64,000 nt of DNA from an uncultured Erysipelotrichaceae bacterium (GTDB lineage: Bacteria; Bacillota_I; Bacilli_A; RFN20; CAG-288): contig CACYCE010000022.1 in NCBI GenBank assembly GCA_902772915.1, positions 21,760 to 85,759 on the forward strand. The letters run 5' to 3'. Within the stretch, counting starts at the first letter, position 1. Every line of letters starts with the position of its first letter. The translations under genes and the position numbers were made by a program. Under the pieces are notes generated by a model. It saw only the letters and a list, made by a program, of their open reading frames with translations. It made no database searches and was not told where the DNA came from. Shown piece after piece: positions 38,714 through 48,375 of the stretch.

Positions 38714-40087
38714 TTAACCTATCATAACATCCGCTTCTAGATAATCTACATCGGACTTTTTCACATGATATAAATTAGGATTCCAAGAAGTCAACATCAT
38801 AATTGGACCAACTCTACCCGTGAACATCAATAAACACAAGATTAATTTCGACCCTACGCTCAATAAAGGAGTAATACCCATAGTAAAACCGACTGTACAT
38901 AAAGCGGAAGTAGCTTCATACATTAAGAATTCTAGAGGGTAAGCGTTATTTTCAAATAAAGAAATGGCAGTACTTCCTACTAAAATTAAAGTTAAGAATA
39001 AGAAAGCGACCATGAAAGCTTTATTTCTAGTAAAAGCGGAGATTTCTCTTTTGAAAGCGACAGCTTTCTTTCCGTGGACGAAAGAGTGGAAGGAAAGGAG
39101 AATAACAAAGAAAGTGGTAGTCTTGATACCACCGGCCGTAGATACAGGTGAACCACCAATAAACATAAAGAATATAGAAGCGATAACTCCCGCTCTAGAA
39201 AGAGTGTTTACGTTATCAAATGTAGTAAAACCTGCTGTTCTTAAATTTACTGAATAGAAGAAAGATTGTAAAAATGTCATCTTATCGTGACCTATAAGAT
39301 AATTAAGTAAAGTTGAAATAACCAAGATAATAGTAGTCATAATTAAGACAATCTTAGTCTGGGTCGGGAACTTTCTAAATTTACGATAATTAATAATATC
39401 TTCAAAAACCAAAAAACCTAAACCACCAGCGATGATTAAAGCGCAAGTTACTAAATTCAATAAAACGTTATCTTTATATGCAATTAATGAAGTGTTACCA
39501 ATGATATCAAAACCAGCATTATTAAAAGCTGAAACTGCATGGAATAGTGAAATGCCAAATGCTTCCGCAGGAGCAAAATCATTTCTAAATACTAAATAAG
39601 ATAAAGCTGTTCCAATCGCTTCGAATACGAAAGTTATAATTAAGATGTGGTAAATCAACTTTTTCATATGGCCAAAGCCCGATTGAGATAAAGCTTCTTT
39701 CATAACGATAGCTTGATTTATATTGATCTTTCTACCCGTGATAAAAACAACTGATGCGGCTATAGTTAAAATTCCTAAACCACCAATTTGAATTTCTATA
39801 CCAACGATAATCTTTCCAAATAGTGATAGAGATTCAGCTAAAACAACAGGAGATAACCCTGTGACACACACCGCTGAGACTGATACAAAAAGAGCATCAA
39901 TAGGTGCTAAACCTTGTTTAGGATCGCTACTAGCCCAAGGTGTGGCTAACAAAGCGAAACCAGTCATAATGATTATTAAGAAAGATAAGAGGATATATAG
40001 TAAAGGGGAAATAATATTTGATCTTTTTCTTCTTCTTTCCCTTTTAGCTTCCTGTTCTTCTAATGTTAGGTGTTTAATAGCTTTCAT
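38714..40087 (-). CDS. ktrB: K+ transporter membrane subunit KtrB/TrkH
   Basis: 457 aa with repeated M-P-M pore motifs and glycine selectivity-filter-like segments (IGGLG, GGSPVSTAGGIKTTT). Confidence 0.85.
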   Translation of the reverse strand: MKAIKHLTLEEQEAKRERRRKRSNIISPLLYILLSFLIIIMTGFALLATPWASSDPKQGLAPIDALFVSVSAVCVTGLSPVVLAESLSLFGKIIVGIEIQIGGLGILTIAASVVFITGRKININQAIVMKEALSQSGFGHMKKLIYHILIITFVFEAIGTALSYLVFRNDFAPAEAFGISLFHAVSAFNNAGFDIIGNTSLIAYKDNVLLNLVTCALIIAGGLGFLVFEDIINYRKFRKFPTQTKIVLIMTTIILVISTLLNYLIGHDKMTFLQSFFYSVNLRTAGFTTFDNVNTLSRAGVIASIFFMFIGGSPVSTAGGIKTTTFFVILLSFHSFVHGKKAVAFKREISAFTRNKAFMVAFLFLTLILVGSTAISLFENNAYPLEFLMYEATSALCTVGFTMGITPLLSVGSKLILCLLMFTGRVGPIMMLTSWNPNLYHVKKSDVDYLEADVMIG

Positions 40088-40164
40088 AAAAAAAATTATG
40101 CATACCTACGTCAAAAATTTTACCATTATATTAGTAACTAATCAAAATTATATTAATTATAAAT

Positions 40165-40854
40165 ATGGACAACTCAGTTAAATTTATTAGAATAAATCCT
40201 CACATTTCCCTAATTACTAGCGACTTAAATTTTATTTGCGCGCAAATAGGTATTATTCAAGGGAAAAAAGAATCCTTATTAATAGATGCTGGAGCATCTT
40301 GTGCACAAATAAATTTATTAAAAGAAAAAATTGAATCGAAAGAATTAAATAATAACATCTCTAAATGTATCATAACTCACTTTCATCCTGATCATATTAA
40401 GAATTTAGAAATATTAAATAACCTAGAAGTTATAGGTTCTAAAAACACATCTAGATACACTAGAGTTGATACGCTTATTAATAAAAATGCCACTTTAGAT
40501 TTAGGAGATATCTCTGTAGAGATAATTCCTCTTCCTTCTATTCACGCTAAAGGTTCATTATGTATTTATATTCCTGTATATAAAATCATGTTTATAGGAG
40601 ATTCCTTATGTTTAAGGGGAGAAAACGACAATAAAAGAGTTACAAATAAAGATATAACAATAAATATGGTTAATATTTTAAAGTCTCATCCTACAGATTT
40701 ATACATCGATGGTCATAAACCTTTTTTAAACACCTCTAAAGTAAATGAATATTTAGATTTCCTCTTAGATAAATGTAAAAAGTCACCTTCATTTAACGTT
40801 GAGATATCTAAAGAAGAATACGATGAAGATAATTTATTGGATTTCTTCATGTAA
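40165..40854 (+). CDS. MBL-fold metallo-hydrolase
   Basis: 229 aa. HFHPDH (HxHxDH) motif. Confidence 0.7.
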   Translation: MDNSVKFIRINPHISLITSDLNFICAQIGIIQGKKESLLIDAGASCAQINLLKEKIESKELNNNISKCIITHFHPDHIKNLEILNNLEVIGSKNTSRYTRVDTLINKNATLDLGDISVEIIPLPSIHAKGSLCIYIPVYKIMFIGDSLCLRGENDNKRVTNKDITINMVNILKSHPTDLYIDGHKPFLNTSKVNEYLDFLLDKCKKSPSFNVEISKEEYDEDNLLDFFM

Positions 40855-40919
40855 ATTACATTTCAATTCTTTAATTAAAAAATTTACGTATATATAATTA
40901 ATTTGGAGATAAATAAAAT

Positions 40920-41549
40920 ATGGAATCTAAATTAGTATTAATCGGAGGAGGTAGCTCCTCGGGCAAAACTTACATTGCTAAAAATGCAATAAAAGCTTTG
41001 AATATGGATAATGATGTCGTATTAATTTCCTTTGATGATTACTATAATGATTTATCTTATATGAGCGAAGAAGAAAGACACATCCAAAATATGGATGAAC
41101 CTTCTGCTTTCGATTGGAAATTATTGAATAAACATATGAAGATGTTAAAAGAAAATAAGCCTATCGAAAAACCTGTTTACAATTTCAACACATTCTCTAG
41201 AGAGGATTACACTGTTACTATTAAACCTCATAAATTAATTATCTTAGAAGGTATCATGGCTTTAGAAAATGAAAAAATACGAAATATGGCTGATTTAAAA
41301 GTCTTCGTTTCCGCTTCCCCGGAAAGAAGATTTTTAAGGCGTTTAATTAGAGACCACACTGAAAGAGACAATAGACCTTACGAAAGAATTATCAAACAAT
41401 ATTTCGATACAGTTAAGCCTATGTACGACCTATACGTTAAACCTACTCAATATTTCGCTGACGCAATTTTATACAACGAAGGAACTGAAGAAAGCGAATC
41501 TAAAGCCGTCAATTTATTAACGACTCTTTTACGAGCCTTGACGCTCTAA
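40920..41549 (+). CDS. udk: Uridine kinase
   Basis: 209 aa. P-loop IGGGSSSGKTYIA. PRK/uridine kinase family. Confidence 0.85.
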   Translation: MESKLVLIGGGSSSGKTYIAKNAIKALNMDNDVVLISFDDYYNDLSYMSEEERHIQNMDEPSAFDWKLLNKHMKMLKENKPIEKPVYNFNTFSREDYTVTIKPHKLIILEGIMALENEKIRNMADLKVFVSASPERRFLRRLIRDHTERDNRPYERIIKQYFDTVKPMYDLYVKPTQYFADAILYNEGTEESESKAVNLLTTLLRALTL

Positions 41550-41621
41550 CGATCTCACTCGCTTATTCGCTAAGCTCCAGCGCTTTTTTCCTTTTTTTAC
41601 ACAATTATTATCTGAAAGGTG

Positions 41622-41650
41622 TTGACTTAATTTCAATTTTAAAGTATTCT
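41622..41650 (+). promoter_or_regulatory. Putative promoter of the tRNA cluster
   Basis: TTGACT, a 17-nt spacer, then TATTCT, about 8-10 nt upstream of the tRNA-Ala 5' end. Confidence 0.3.
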
Positions 41651-41660
41651 AATTCACGCT

Positions 41661-41736
41661 GGGGCTGTAGCTCACCTGGGAGAGCGCCTCCATGGCATGG
41701 AGGAGGTAGCGAGTTCGATCCTCGTCAGCTCCACCA
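41661..41736 (+). tRNA. tRNA-Ala (anticodon GGC), CCA encoded
   Basis: GGGGCUG acceptor stem with a G3:U70 Ala identity pair, anticodon loop AUGGCAU, T-arm GGTTCGATCC, 3' CCA. Confidence 0.85.
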
Positions 41737-41760
41737 TTTTATATTAATTCAGTATTTTAT

Positions 41761-41837
41761 AGCTGCGTAGCTCAGTTGGTTAGAGCGTCCGGCTCATACC
41801 CGGTATGTCGAGGGTTCGAATCCCCCCGCAGCTACCA
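41761..41837 (+). tRNA. tRNA-Met (anticodon CAU, elongator-type)
   Basis: Cloverleaf with anticodon loop CUCAUAC and T-arm GGGTTCGAATCCCC. No C1xA72 mismatch and no three G:C pairs in the anticodon stem, so not the initiator. Confidence 0.7.
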
Positions 41838-41840
41838 ACT

Positions 41841-41916
41841 GGATCAGTAGCTCAATGGTTAGAGTCCCCGTCTCATAAGCGGGTCGTTATAGGTTCGAGT
41901 CCTATCTGATCCACCA
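41841..41916 (+). tRNA. tRNA with CAU anticodon, probably tRNA-Ile2 (lysidine) or a second elongator Met
   Basis: Anticodon loop CUCAUAA and T-arm AGGTTCGAGTCCT resemble Firmicutes tRNA-Ile(LAU). The A1:U72 pair means it is not the initiator. Confidence 0.6.
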
Positions 41917-41944
41917 CTGAGAACTCTATATACCAGCAATATAT

Positions 41945-41975
41945 TAAAAAAGAAGGTCTCAACCTTCTTTTTTCT
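41945..41975. terminator. Bidirectional Rho-independent terminator (tRNA operon / esterase gene)
   Basis: AAAAA-AGAAGGT-ctca-ACCTTCT-TTTTT. The esterase TGA stop lies in the loop. Confidence 0.6.
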
Positions 41976-42807
41976 TATTGTTAATAAATTGATACGCGTT
42001 GTAGAACGCTTCAGACCACTGATTCTCATTGTGACCTTCGTCGATAAAATAAGCTATTAAATGAGATTTAGTCCAACCCTTCTGATATAAATCATTCATC
42101 ATTTTCTTCAAGTTTTGATAACAATATTTTTCATATCCATCATCATATCCACTAGAAAAGGCGATTTTAATCTTATTTTTAATTGCTGAAGAGTTCAATT
42201 TTTTAATCACTCTAGCAATACATTTATAGTTACCTTCACACTCTTTATCATTGCAAGGAACTTCGCTCATTCCGTATTTATACACGGTAAATGATGGGGA
42301 AAACGCGTAAAATGACGAGAAATAATCAGTGAAATTAATCGCTGCTTCAACCGCCATTAAACCTCCCAAAGAAGACCCGCCAAAAGAACGGTGTTCTTTA
42401 GAAGTATAAACTGAATAATTCTTTTCAATATAGGGAATTACAACATCAATTATAAATCCAAATGTAGTGTCAGATTTATAACCTAAATCATCTACAGCGT
42501 AAGGAGAAAATCTAGGAAGATATTCTTCCCATCTGTCCATAGAATTATCAATACCTACAACTATGGAAGGTTTAATTTTTATTTCTTTTTCTAAATAAGA
42601 AATACTTTCATCAACTTTCCATTCACCAAATCCATCTTCAGGAGCAAAAATTCTTTGACCATCGAGCATATAAATGGTATCGTACATCTTATTTTTAGAA
42701 TAAGATTCAGGTAACCAAATTCTAACTTGGCGATTCTTTCCAACCAAAAAACTGTTATAACGCAATTTAACGATCTTTAATCTACCAACAATATTCTCGT
42801 TTTGCAT
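41959..42807 (-). CDS. Alpha/beta-hydrolase 'putative esterase' family protein
   Basis: 282 aa. GGSSLGG nucleophile elbow and overall similarity to esterase D / enterochelin-esterase-like proteins. Confidence 0.6.
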   Translation of the reverse strand: MQNENIVGRLKIVKLRYNSFLVGKNRQVRIWLPESYSKNKMYDTIYMLDGQRIFAPEDGFGEWKVDESISYLEKEIKIKPSIVVGIDNSMDRWEEYLPRFSPYAVDDLGYKSDTTFGFIIDVVIPYIEKNYSVYTSKEHRSFGGSSLGGLMAVEAAINFTDYFSSFYAFSPSFTVYKYGMSEVPCNDKECEGNYKCIARVIKKLNSSAIKNKIKIAFSSGYDDGYEKYCYQNLKKMMNDLYQKGWTKSHLIAYFIDEGHNENQWSEAFYNAYQFINNKKKEG

Positions 42808-42824
42808 TTAAATTAAAAGAAGAA

Positions 42825-43832
42825 TTAACTTATATTAACTTTTTTAGTTCTTCTAGTTTTAGCGTAAGCTTCATATAAAGCAGTCAAAGGTTTATTTTCA
42901 GAAACAGATTTGATACATTCAGAAATCATTTCAGATAAAGATACAACTTTAATGAAACCTAAATCTCTAAATTTTTGAGGTAAAGGAATTGAATCAGTAA
43001 CGATAATTTCATCAAAGACGCTGTCTTTTAATAAATCATAACAAGGATCGGATAAGACCGCGTGGACTGCGACCATTCTAACTGATTTAGCGCCAGCATT
43101 CTTTAAAGCGGTAGCAGCATAGCAAGCCGATTTACCCGTATCGATCATATCGTCAATTAAGTAACAATCTTTACCGACAATATCGCCGATAATATTCATA
43201 ACTTCTGGTTCTAAATTGGCGTTTCTTCTCTTATCGATAATCGCTAGAGGAGCGTTAAATTGTTCAGCGAAATCTCTAGCTCTATTTACACCACCGTGGT
43301 CAGGAGAAACAACGACCATATTGGCTTTAATTGCATCGGGAATATTATCATCAACATGGCTAGCAAGCAAAGGTACCGCAGTTAAATCATCAACTAAGCA
43401 AGAGAAAAATCCTTGAATTTGTGCAGCGTGTAAATTAACAGTAATAACTCTATTAACACCAGCGGTAGTTAGTAAATGAGCGACCAAAGCAGCGGTAATA
43501 GGTTGTCTAGGTTTAGCTTTTCTATCTTGTCTAGCATAGCCGAAATAAGGAACGATCAAATTAATTTCACGAGCTGAAGCTCTCCTTACAGCGTCGATGA
43601 AAATTAATACTTCCATTAAATTATCATTAACAGGAGGACAAGTGGATTGGATTATAAAGACATCTTTACCTCTAACTGTATCTAAAGGTTCGCAAATGAC
43701 TTCTCCTGAAGGGAATCTTTTAATTCTCCGATCTGCTAAAGTAACACCTAACTGATTAGCGATTTTCTCAGCTAATTCTTGATTAGCGGATAAAGAATAC
43801 AATACTGAATTTTCCAACATTTTACTTACCAA
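42825..43832 (-). CDS. prs: Ribose-phosphate pyrophosphokinase
   Basis: 335 aa. PRPP-binding VVSPDHGGVNRAR and DLHA motifs. Confidence 0.9.
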   Translation of the reverse strand: MVSKMLENSVLYSLSANQELAEKIANQLGVTLADRRIKRFPSGEVICEPLDTVRGKDVFIIQSTCPPVNDNLMEVLIFIDAVRRASAREINLIVPYFGYARQDRKAKPRQPITAALVAHLLTTAGVNRVITVNLHAAQIQGFFSCLVDDLTAVPLLASHVDDNIPDAIKANMVVVSPDHGGVNRARDFAEQFNAPLAIIDKRRNANLEPEVMNIIGDIVGKDCYLIDDMIDTGKSACYAATALKNAGAKSVRMVAVHAVLSDPCYDLLKDSVFDEIIVTDSIPLPQKFRDLGFIKVVSLSEMISECIKSVSENKPLTALYEAYAKTRRTKKVNIS

Positions 43833-43883
43833 TCCCTTTCCATTTAATTATATTACTTAGAGCTCTAATAAAAAAGACAACTA

Positions 43884-44735
43884 CTATAAAGTCGTCTTCG
43901 TTAAATACGGAAATACATCATCGATAGCATCGTATTTTTTATATAATTGTTCAAGTTTCTTTTTATCGTTTGATAAAGCGTAGATTGCCGATCCAGACCC
44001 GGACATCATAACCATCTTTAAACCTTCATTTTTCAATTCATCTAAAAGATTCTTAACTCTAGGCACCAAATGAATTGCGGCTTTTTGCAAAGCGTTAGCC
44101 ATGCTCTTTGCAATCAATTCATCATCGCCTTCTTCTAAACCTTTAATGAGATTTTCAATATCAGGTCTTTGACCTTTAATAATATCTGCTTCTTTATAGA
44201 CATCACCAGTAGATAAACCTTCTTCAGGTTTAATTATTAACACGTGATATTCTTTCTTAACTTTAATAAAAGAAAGTTGTTCTCCCATACCTCTAATTCT
44301 GCAAGGCTTATTAAAAATACAATAAGGAACATCTGAGCCGATGGTTTTACCTATTTCAATTTTTTCTTGGTCAGTAATGTTCAATTTCTTTAATTTAGAT
44401 AATCCGTTGATAACTGCGGCAGCATCCGCACTTCCCCCAGCTAAGCCAGCTTCAGTAGGAATTCTCTTATAAATCTTAATTCTAAATCCAGAATTGAATT
44501 GATAAATCTTTTTAACAGCGCGATAAGCCTTATAAACTAAATTAGTCTCATCACAAGCCAAAGACAAATCATCGCTAGTTAAGTGAGTAGTAGTATTTTC
44601 TCTACCTTCAACAATCTCAATAATATCGTGCAATTTTAAAGGGAGAGTAACTATATCGATATTGTGATATCCATCTTCTCTTTTATTTAGAACATCTAAG
44701 GCTAAATTTATTTTAGCAGGGGCTTGAATAATCAT
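43884..44735 (-). CDS. ispE: 4-diphosphocytidyl-2-C-methyl-D-erythritol kinase
   Basis: 283 aa. APAKINLALDV ... GYHNIDIV N-terminus and the GHMP kinase motif PTEAGLAGGSADAAA. Confidence 0.85.
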   Translation of the reverse strand: MIIQAPAKINLALDVLNKREDGYHNIDIVTLPLKLHDIIEIVEGRENTTTHLTSDDLSLACDETNLVYKAYRAVKKIYQFNSGFRIKIYKRIPTEAGLAGGSADAAAVINGLSKLKKLNITDQEKIEIGKTIGSDVPYCIFNKPCRIRGMGEQLSFIKVKKEYHVLIIKPEEGLSTGDVYKEADIIKGQRPDIENLIKGLEEGDDELIAKSMANALQKAAIHLVPRVKNLLDELKNEGLKMVMMSGSGSAIYALSNDKKKLEQLYKKYDAIDDVFPYLTKTTL

Positions 44736-44790
44736 ATGTCTCCAGTGAATAAATATAATACTTACAAAAAATATATTAAATCATTTCTAT

Positions 44791-45609
44791 CTAATTATTA
44801 ATACCAATAATTGAAATAATTAATTTAATATTTTCTAAAGATAATTCGAAGGGCCTTTTAGTCTTCGAAATTCCTTTAGATTCTAATTCATCTAAGACAT
44901 AAGCGTATTTAGTATCTCTTAAATTATTATTTATATTTTTCTTCGCATTCTTAAATAAGACAGTTAAGAAATCAAAAACTTCCTTAGAAGTATAGATATC
45001 ATTATCTCTATCAGGAATAAAAACCAAGAAAGAAGAATCAACTTTAGGAGCAGGATAAAAGCAACCGGGATTTAAATCTATAACCTTCTCTAATTTCCCT
45101 CTTAAAGCGAACATCAATGAATAGATATTAGTCTGAGAATCTCCTTCTTTATAAATTAATTTTTCTCCTAATTCTTTTTGAACCATAAATCCAAAATAAG
45201 AAAATTTCGCCTCTATTAAAAGCTTTTTCAAGATTTGCCTGGAGATAGAATAAGGAAGGTTACCTATATATCCAACTTGTTTCACGTGGAACAAACTAAG
45301 GTCTTGAACTAAGAAATCTCCTTGAATCAAAGTGAAGTTAGATTGATTGATTTCTTCTTTTAAAACTCTAATCATGTCATTGTCAAATTCAATACCTGTA
45401 ACATGAACTCCGCTTTTTACTAAAGAGGCAGTAAGACTACCTAAACCACAACCAATTTCTACTATCTCTTCTAAAGATTTAAAAGGTACGGTAGAGATTA
45501 TTTTATTCTTTCTAGATTCATCAATTAAAAAGTTTTGAGAGAATCTCTCTTGAGCTTTAATCCCATATTGGTTGATGATTCTATTAGTGCGATTTTTTAA
45601 ATCTTCCAT
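44791..45609 (-). CDS. rsmA: 16S rRNA (adenine1518/1519-N6)-dimethyltransferase
   Basis: 272 aa. FSQNFLID and EIGCGLGSLT SAM-binding motifs. Confidence 0.9.
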   Translation of the reverse strand: MEDLKNRTNRIINQYGIKAQERFSQNFLIDESRKNKIISTVPFKSLEEIVEIGCGLGSLTASLVKSGVHVTGIEFDNDMIRVLKEEINQSNFTLIQGDFLVQDLSLFHVKQVGYIGNLPYSISRQILKKLLIEAKFSYFGFMVQKELGEKLIYKEGDSQTNIYSLMFALRGKLEKVIDLNPGCFYPAPKVDSSFLVFIPDRDNDIYTSKEVFDFLTVLFKNAKKNINNNLRDTKYAYVLDELESKGISKTKRPFELSLENIKLIISIIGINN

Positions 45610-46129
45610 TTATTATTTCCTCTAATTGAGTTTTTGATATTTTAAGTATATTCAATTGCTTTAACAATTCTTTAGTGTTCGATTTATATAAGGGTAAAGA
45701 ATTTAATATTTTTTCTTTATTAGTTCTAGAATTTGGTCCTTCTAAATTCAATTCAAATAAATCTAGAATGCTCAATTCTTCTTCTTTAATCAATTCGTCT
45801 TCTCTAATATAAGAATCTATTTTTTCTTTAAGGTGATTAATATCAGATTCTGCGACTCCTAATTTATGATGGGCTACTGATTTGTTTTTATCTAAATTAA
45901 CATCAGCGTAATTTTTTAAAAATGAATGTAACTTCTCTCTTATATTTTTTCCAGGGTTATCAGGATCAGTAACTATAACTATCTTTCTAACTTTGTTAGC
46001 CTCTTTAAGAAAAGAAATCACTTTAGAAGACAAGCAATAACCCGAAGTGGAGATTATATAAGTTAAACCCAAAGAAGATAATTTAGATATATCATCCTTT
46101 CCTTCTACTACATATAGATTCTTATTCAT
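45584..46129 (-). CDS. rnmV: Ribonuclease M5 (Toprim domain)
   Basis: 181 aa. VVEGKDD ... IVIVTDPDNPGKNIR matches RNase M5. Canonical position between tatD and ksgA. Confidence 0.75.
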   Translation of the reverse strand: MNKNLYVVEGKDDISKLSSLGLTYIISTSGYCLSSKVISFLKEANKVRKIVIVTDPDNPGKNIREKLHSFLKNYADVNLDKNKSVAHHKLGVAESDINHLKEKIDSYIREDELIKEEELSILDLFELNLEGPNSRTNKEKILNSLPLYKSNTKELLKQLNILKISKTQLEEIINGRFKKSH

Positions 46130-46910
46130 GTATATTGTAAATTCTCAATGACCTTTGATAGATTTCTTCCGCTAATTCTTCTACATCGCGGTCTAATAAT
46201 TCTGCCAATTTATTAAGTACGTAGATAATCTTGCTAGAATCATTTAATTGTCCTCTAAAAGGATGGGGAGTTAAAAAGGGCGAATCGGTTTCTAAAACAA
46301 AGTGATCAGAAGGAACTTTAGTCGCCACCTCTACTAATCTTTGAGCATTTTTAAAAGTTAAGACTCCCCCTATTCCAAAATAGACATTCTTCTTATGGCG
46401 CAAATATCTCAATCCCATTTGAAAAGATCCAGAATAACAATGCAAAGTGACATTACCTTCAAATTTAGAATCGATAATAGTATTAAAAGTATCCGCTTCA
46501 GCATCGCGGGAATGAATGATTATAGGCAAGTTATACTTTCTTGCTACTTCAATTTGGGCGTTAAATAATTGTTTTTGCTTAGCTTTAGTTTCAGGAGAAT
46601 TATCTCGCGAATAATCTAAACCAATTTCTCCTATAGCCACTAAAGAAGCTGTAGATTTAATCGCTTCTTCTAATCTATTTATATCTTCTTGAAGATTCCC
46701 ACTCCCTTCAGTAGGGAAAATACCTATAGCAGAATAACAAAAAGAAGGAAATTCTCTAGCTAAACTATCGATAACTTTCCACGAATCAAACGTATCGCCG
46801 TTATTGATGATTTTAACAACGTTATTTTCTAAGCATTTCTTATATATCTCATCTCTAATGGGATATAATCTTTCTTCGTTTAAATGAGTATGAGTGTCAA
46901 TTATTTTCAT
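46122..46910 (-). CDS. tatD: TatD family metal-dependent hydrolase
   Basis: 262 aa. IDTHTHLN, GEIGLD and HSRDA motifs. Confidence 0.85.
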   Translation of the reverse strand: MKIIDTHTHLNEERLYPIRDEIYKKCLENNVVKIINNGDTFDSWKVIDSLAREFPSFCYSAIGIFPTEGSGNLQEDINRLEEAIKSTASLVAIGEIGLDYSRDNSPETKAKQKQLFNAQIEVARKYNLPIIIHSRDAEADTFNTIIDSKFEGNVTLHCYSGSFQMGLRYLRHKKNVYFGIGGVLTFKNAQRLVEVATKVPSDHFVLETDSPFLTPHPFRGQLNDSSKIIYVLNKLAELLDRDVEELAEEIYQRSLRIYNIHE

Positions 46911-46917
46911 TTTCCTA

Positions 46918-48264
46918 CTATTTTCCTACACAGAAGTATTTAAATACTGTTGAATATATATCTTCTAAAGTTGATTCAACACCAAGCATTTGATCTAGAC
47001 ATCTAGTCGCTTCAATTAGACCAGATTCCATAACATCGACAGTTAAACCATCTTTTAAATCTCTAACAATTTCTTCTAATCTCTCAACGAAGACTTCCAA
47101 GATATCTAAATCTCTTTGAGAAGCAAAACCAGTATCGAGATATTCATCGATATTTAATTTCTCTTGAATTAATTTATATAGCTTATCCAAATTCTCATCA
47201 TCTTTAGATATAGATATATCCGCATATTCATTTTCTCCTACTAAATCCTTTTTAGTAGAGATATATATACAAGGCTTATTTTCAATTAATGATTTAACTT
47301 CCAAATTATCGATTTCCTCATCAATCTTCCTGCCTTTTTCAATTAATAGAAGTATGATATCCGCATCTTTTAAAACCTTATAAGTCTTCTCTATACCGAT
47401 TTTTTCAATTTCTCCAGCTTCTTCTCTTATACCTGCAGTATCATAAAATTTATAAAGAATTCCATCTATTTCCTTCTCACCTTCTACAATATCTCTAGTA
47501 GTTCCAGGAATTGAGGTAACAATAGCTTTATCTTGGTTGAGAATCTTATTTAATAAAGTCGATTTACCGACGTTAGGTTCACCAATAATTACCACCTTTA
47601 TACCATTAAATAAATAAGTAGATTGCCTAGAACCTTTCAATAATTCCTTCGCCTTATTTAACATAGGTGGAACTACTTCTTGAATCCTTTGAACAATATC
47701 GACTGATTCTTCATATTCAGGATAATCAATATCCACTTCAATTTGGGCGGTTAAATAATTTAATTCTTCCTTCATAGCTTTAATTTCTTTAGAAGAATCT
47801 CCTTCTAAAGTCTTCAAAGCAAACTTTTTAGATTTAGAAGTTCTAGCGTTAATTAATTGATTGATAGCTTCCGCTTCGGTTAAATCTAACTTGCCATTTA
47901 AATATGCCTTTTGAGAGAACTCCCCTCCTAAGGCTCTTCTAGCTCCAAAATGTATCAAAGTCTCTATTAATTCATTGACGATTACTCTTGAACCGTGAAC
48001 GTAAAATTCAACAGTGTCTTCCCCTGCAAAAGAATGTTTACCATCATATAAAACTACAACCGCGTGATCGATAATTGTATTTAAATCATTGATATCTTTA
48101 TATAACTTTAAATAATGAGTTTTTCTGAATTCTAATTTTGAAACATCTCTTTTAATTATATTTTGGAATATGTTAAAAGCATCTTTACCAGTAAGTCTAA
48201 TAATAGATAGAGATGATTTAGCAGGAAAACTGCATTCTGCAACAATGGTATCAAAAACGGTCAT
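46918..48264 (-). CDS. mnmE: tRNA modification GTPase MnmE
   Basis: 448 aa. G-domain IIGEPNVGKSTLLN and C-terminal CVGK. Confidence 0.9.
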   Translation of the reverse strand: MTVFDTIVAECSFPAKSSLSIIRLTGKDAFNIFQNIIKRDVSKLEFRKTHYLKLYKDINDLNTIIDHAVVVLYDGKHSFAGEDTVEFYVHGSRVIVNELIETLIHFGARRALGGEFSQKAYLNGKLDLTEAEAINQLINARTSKSKKFALKTLEGDSSKEIKAMKEELNYLTAQIEVDIDYPEYEESVDIVQRIQEVVPPMLNKAKELLKGSRQSTYLFNGIKVVIIGEPNVGKSTLLNKILNQDKAIVTSIPGTTRDIVEGEKEIDGILYKFYDTAGIREEAGEIEKIGIEKTYKVLKDADIILLLIEKGRKIDEEIDNLEVKSLIENKPCIYISTKKDLVGENEYADISISKDDENLDKLYKLIQEKLNIDEYLDTGFASQRDLDILEVFVERLEEIVRDLKDGLTVDVMESGLIEATRCLDQMLGVESTLEDIYSTVFKYFCVGK

Positions 48265-48337
48265 AGTATTAATTAACGATATAATTATATATTTTTTATT
48301 GATATTTCTAAACTAAATAAACATTTTCTAATCTTTA

Positions 48338-48372
48338 AAAAATTAAAAATGTAACGATTTTCTCGTTACATT
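48338..48372 (-). terminator. Terminator downstream of jag
   Basis: TGTAACG-attttct-CGTTACA with a T-run on the minus strand. Confidence 0.45.
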
Positions 48373-48375
48373 TTT

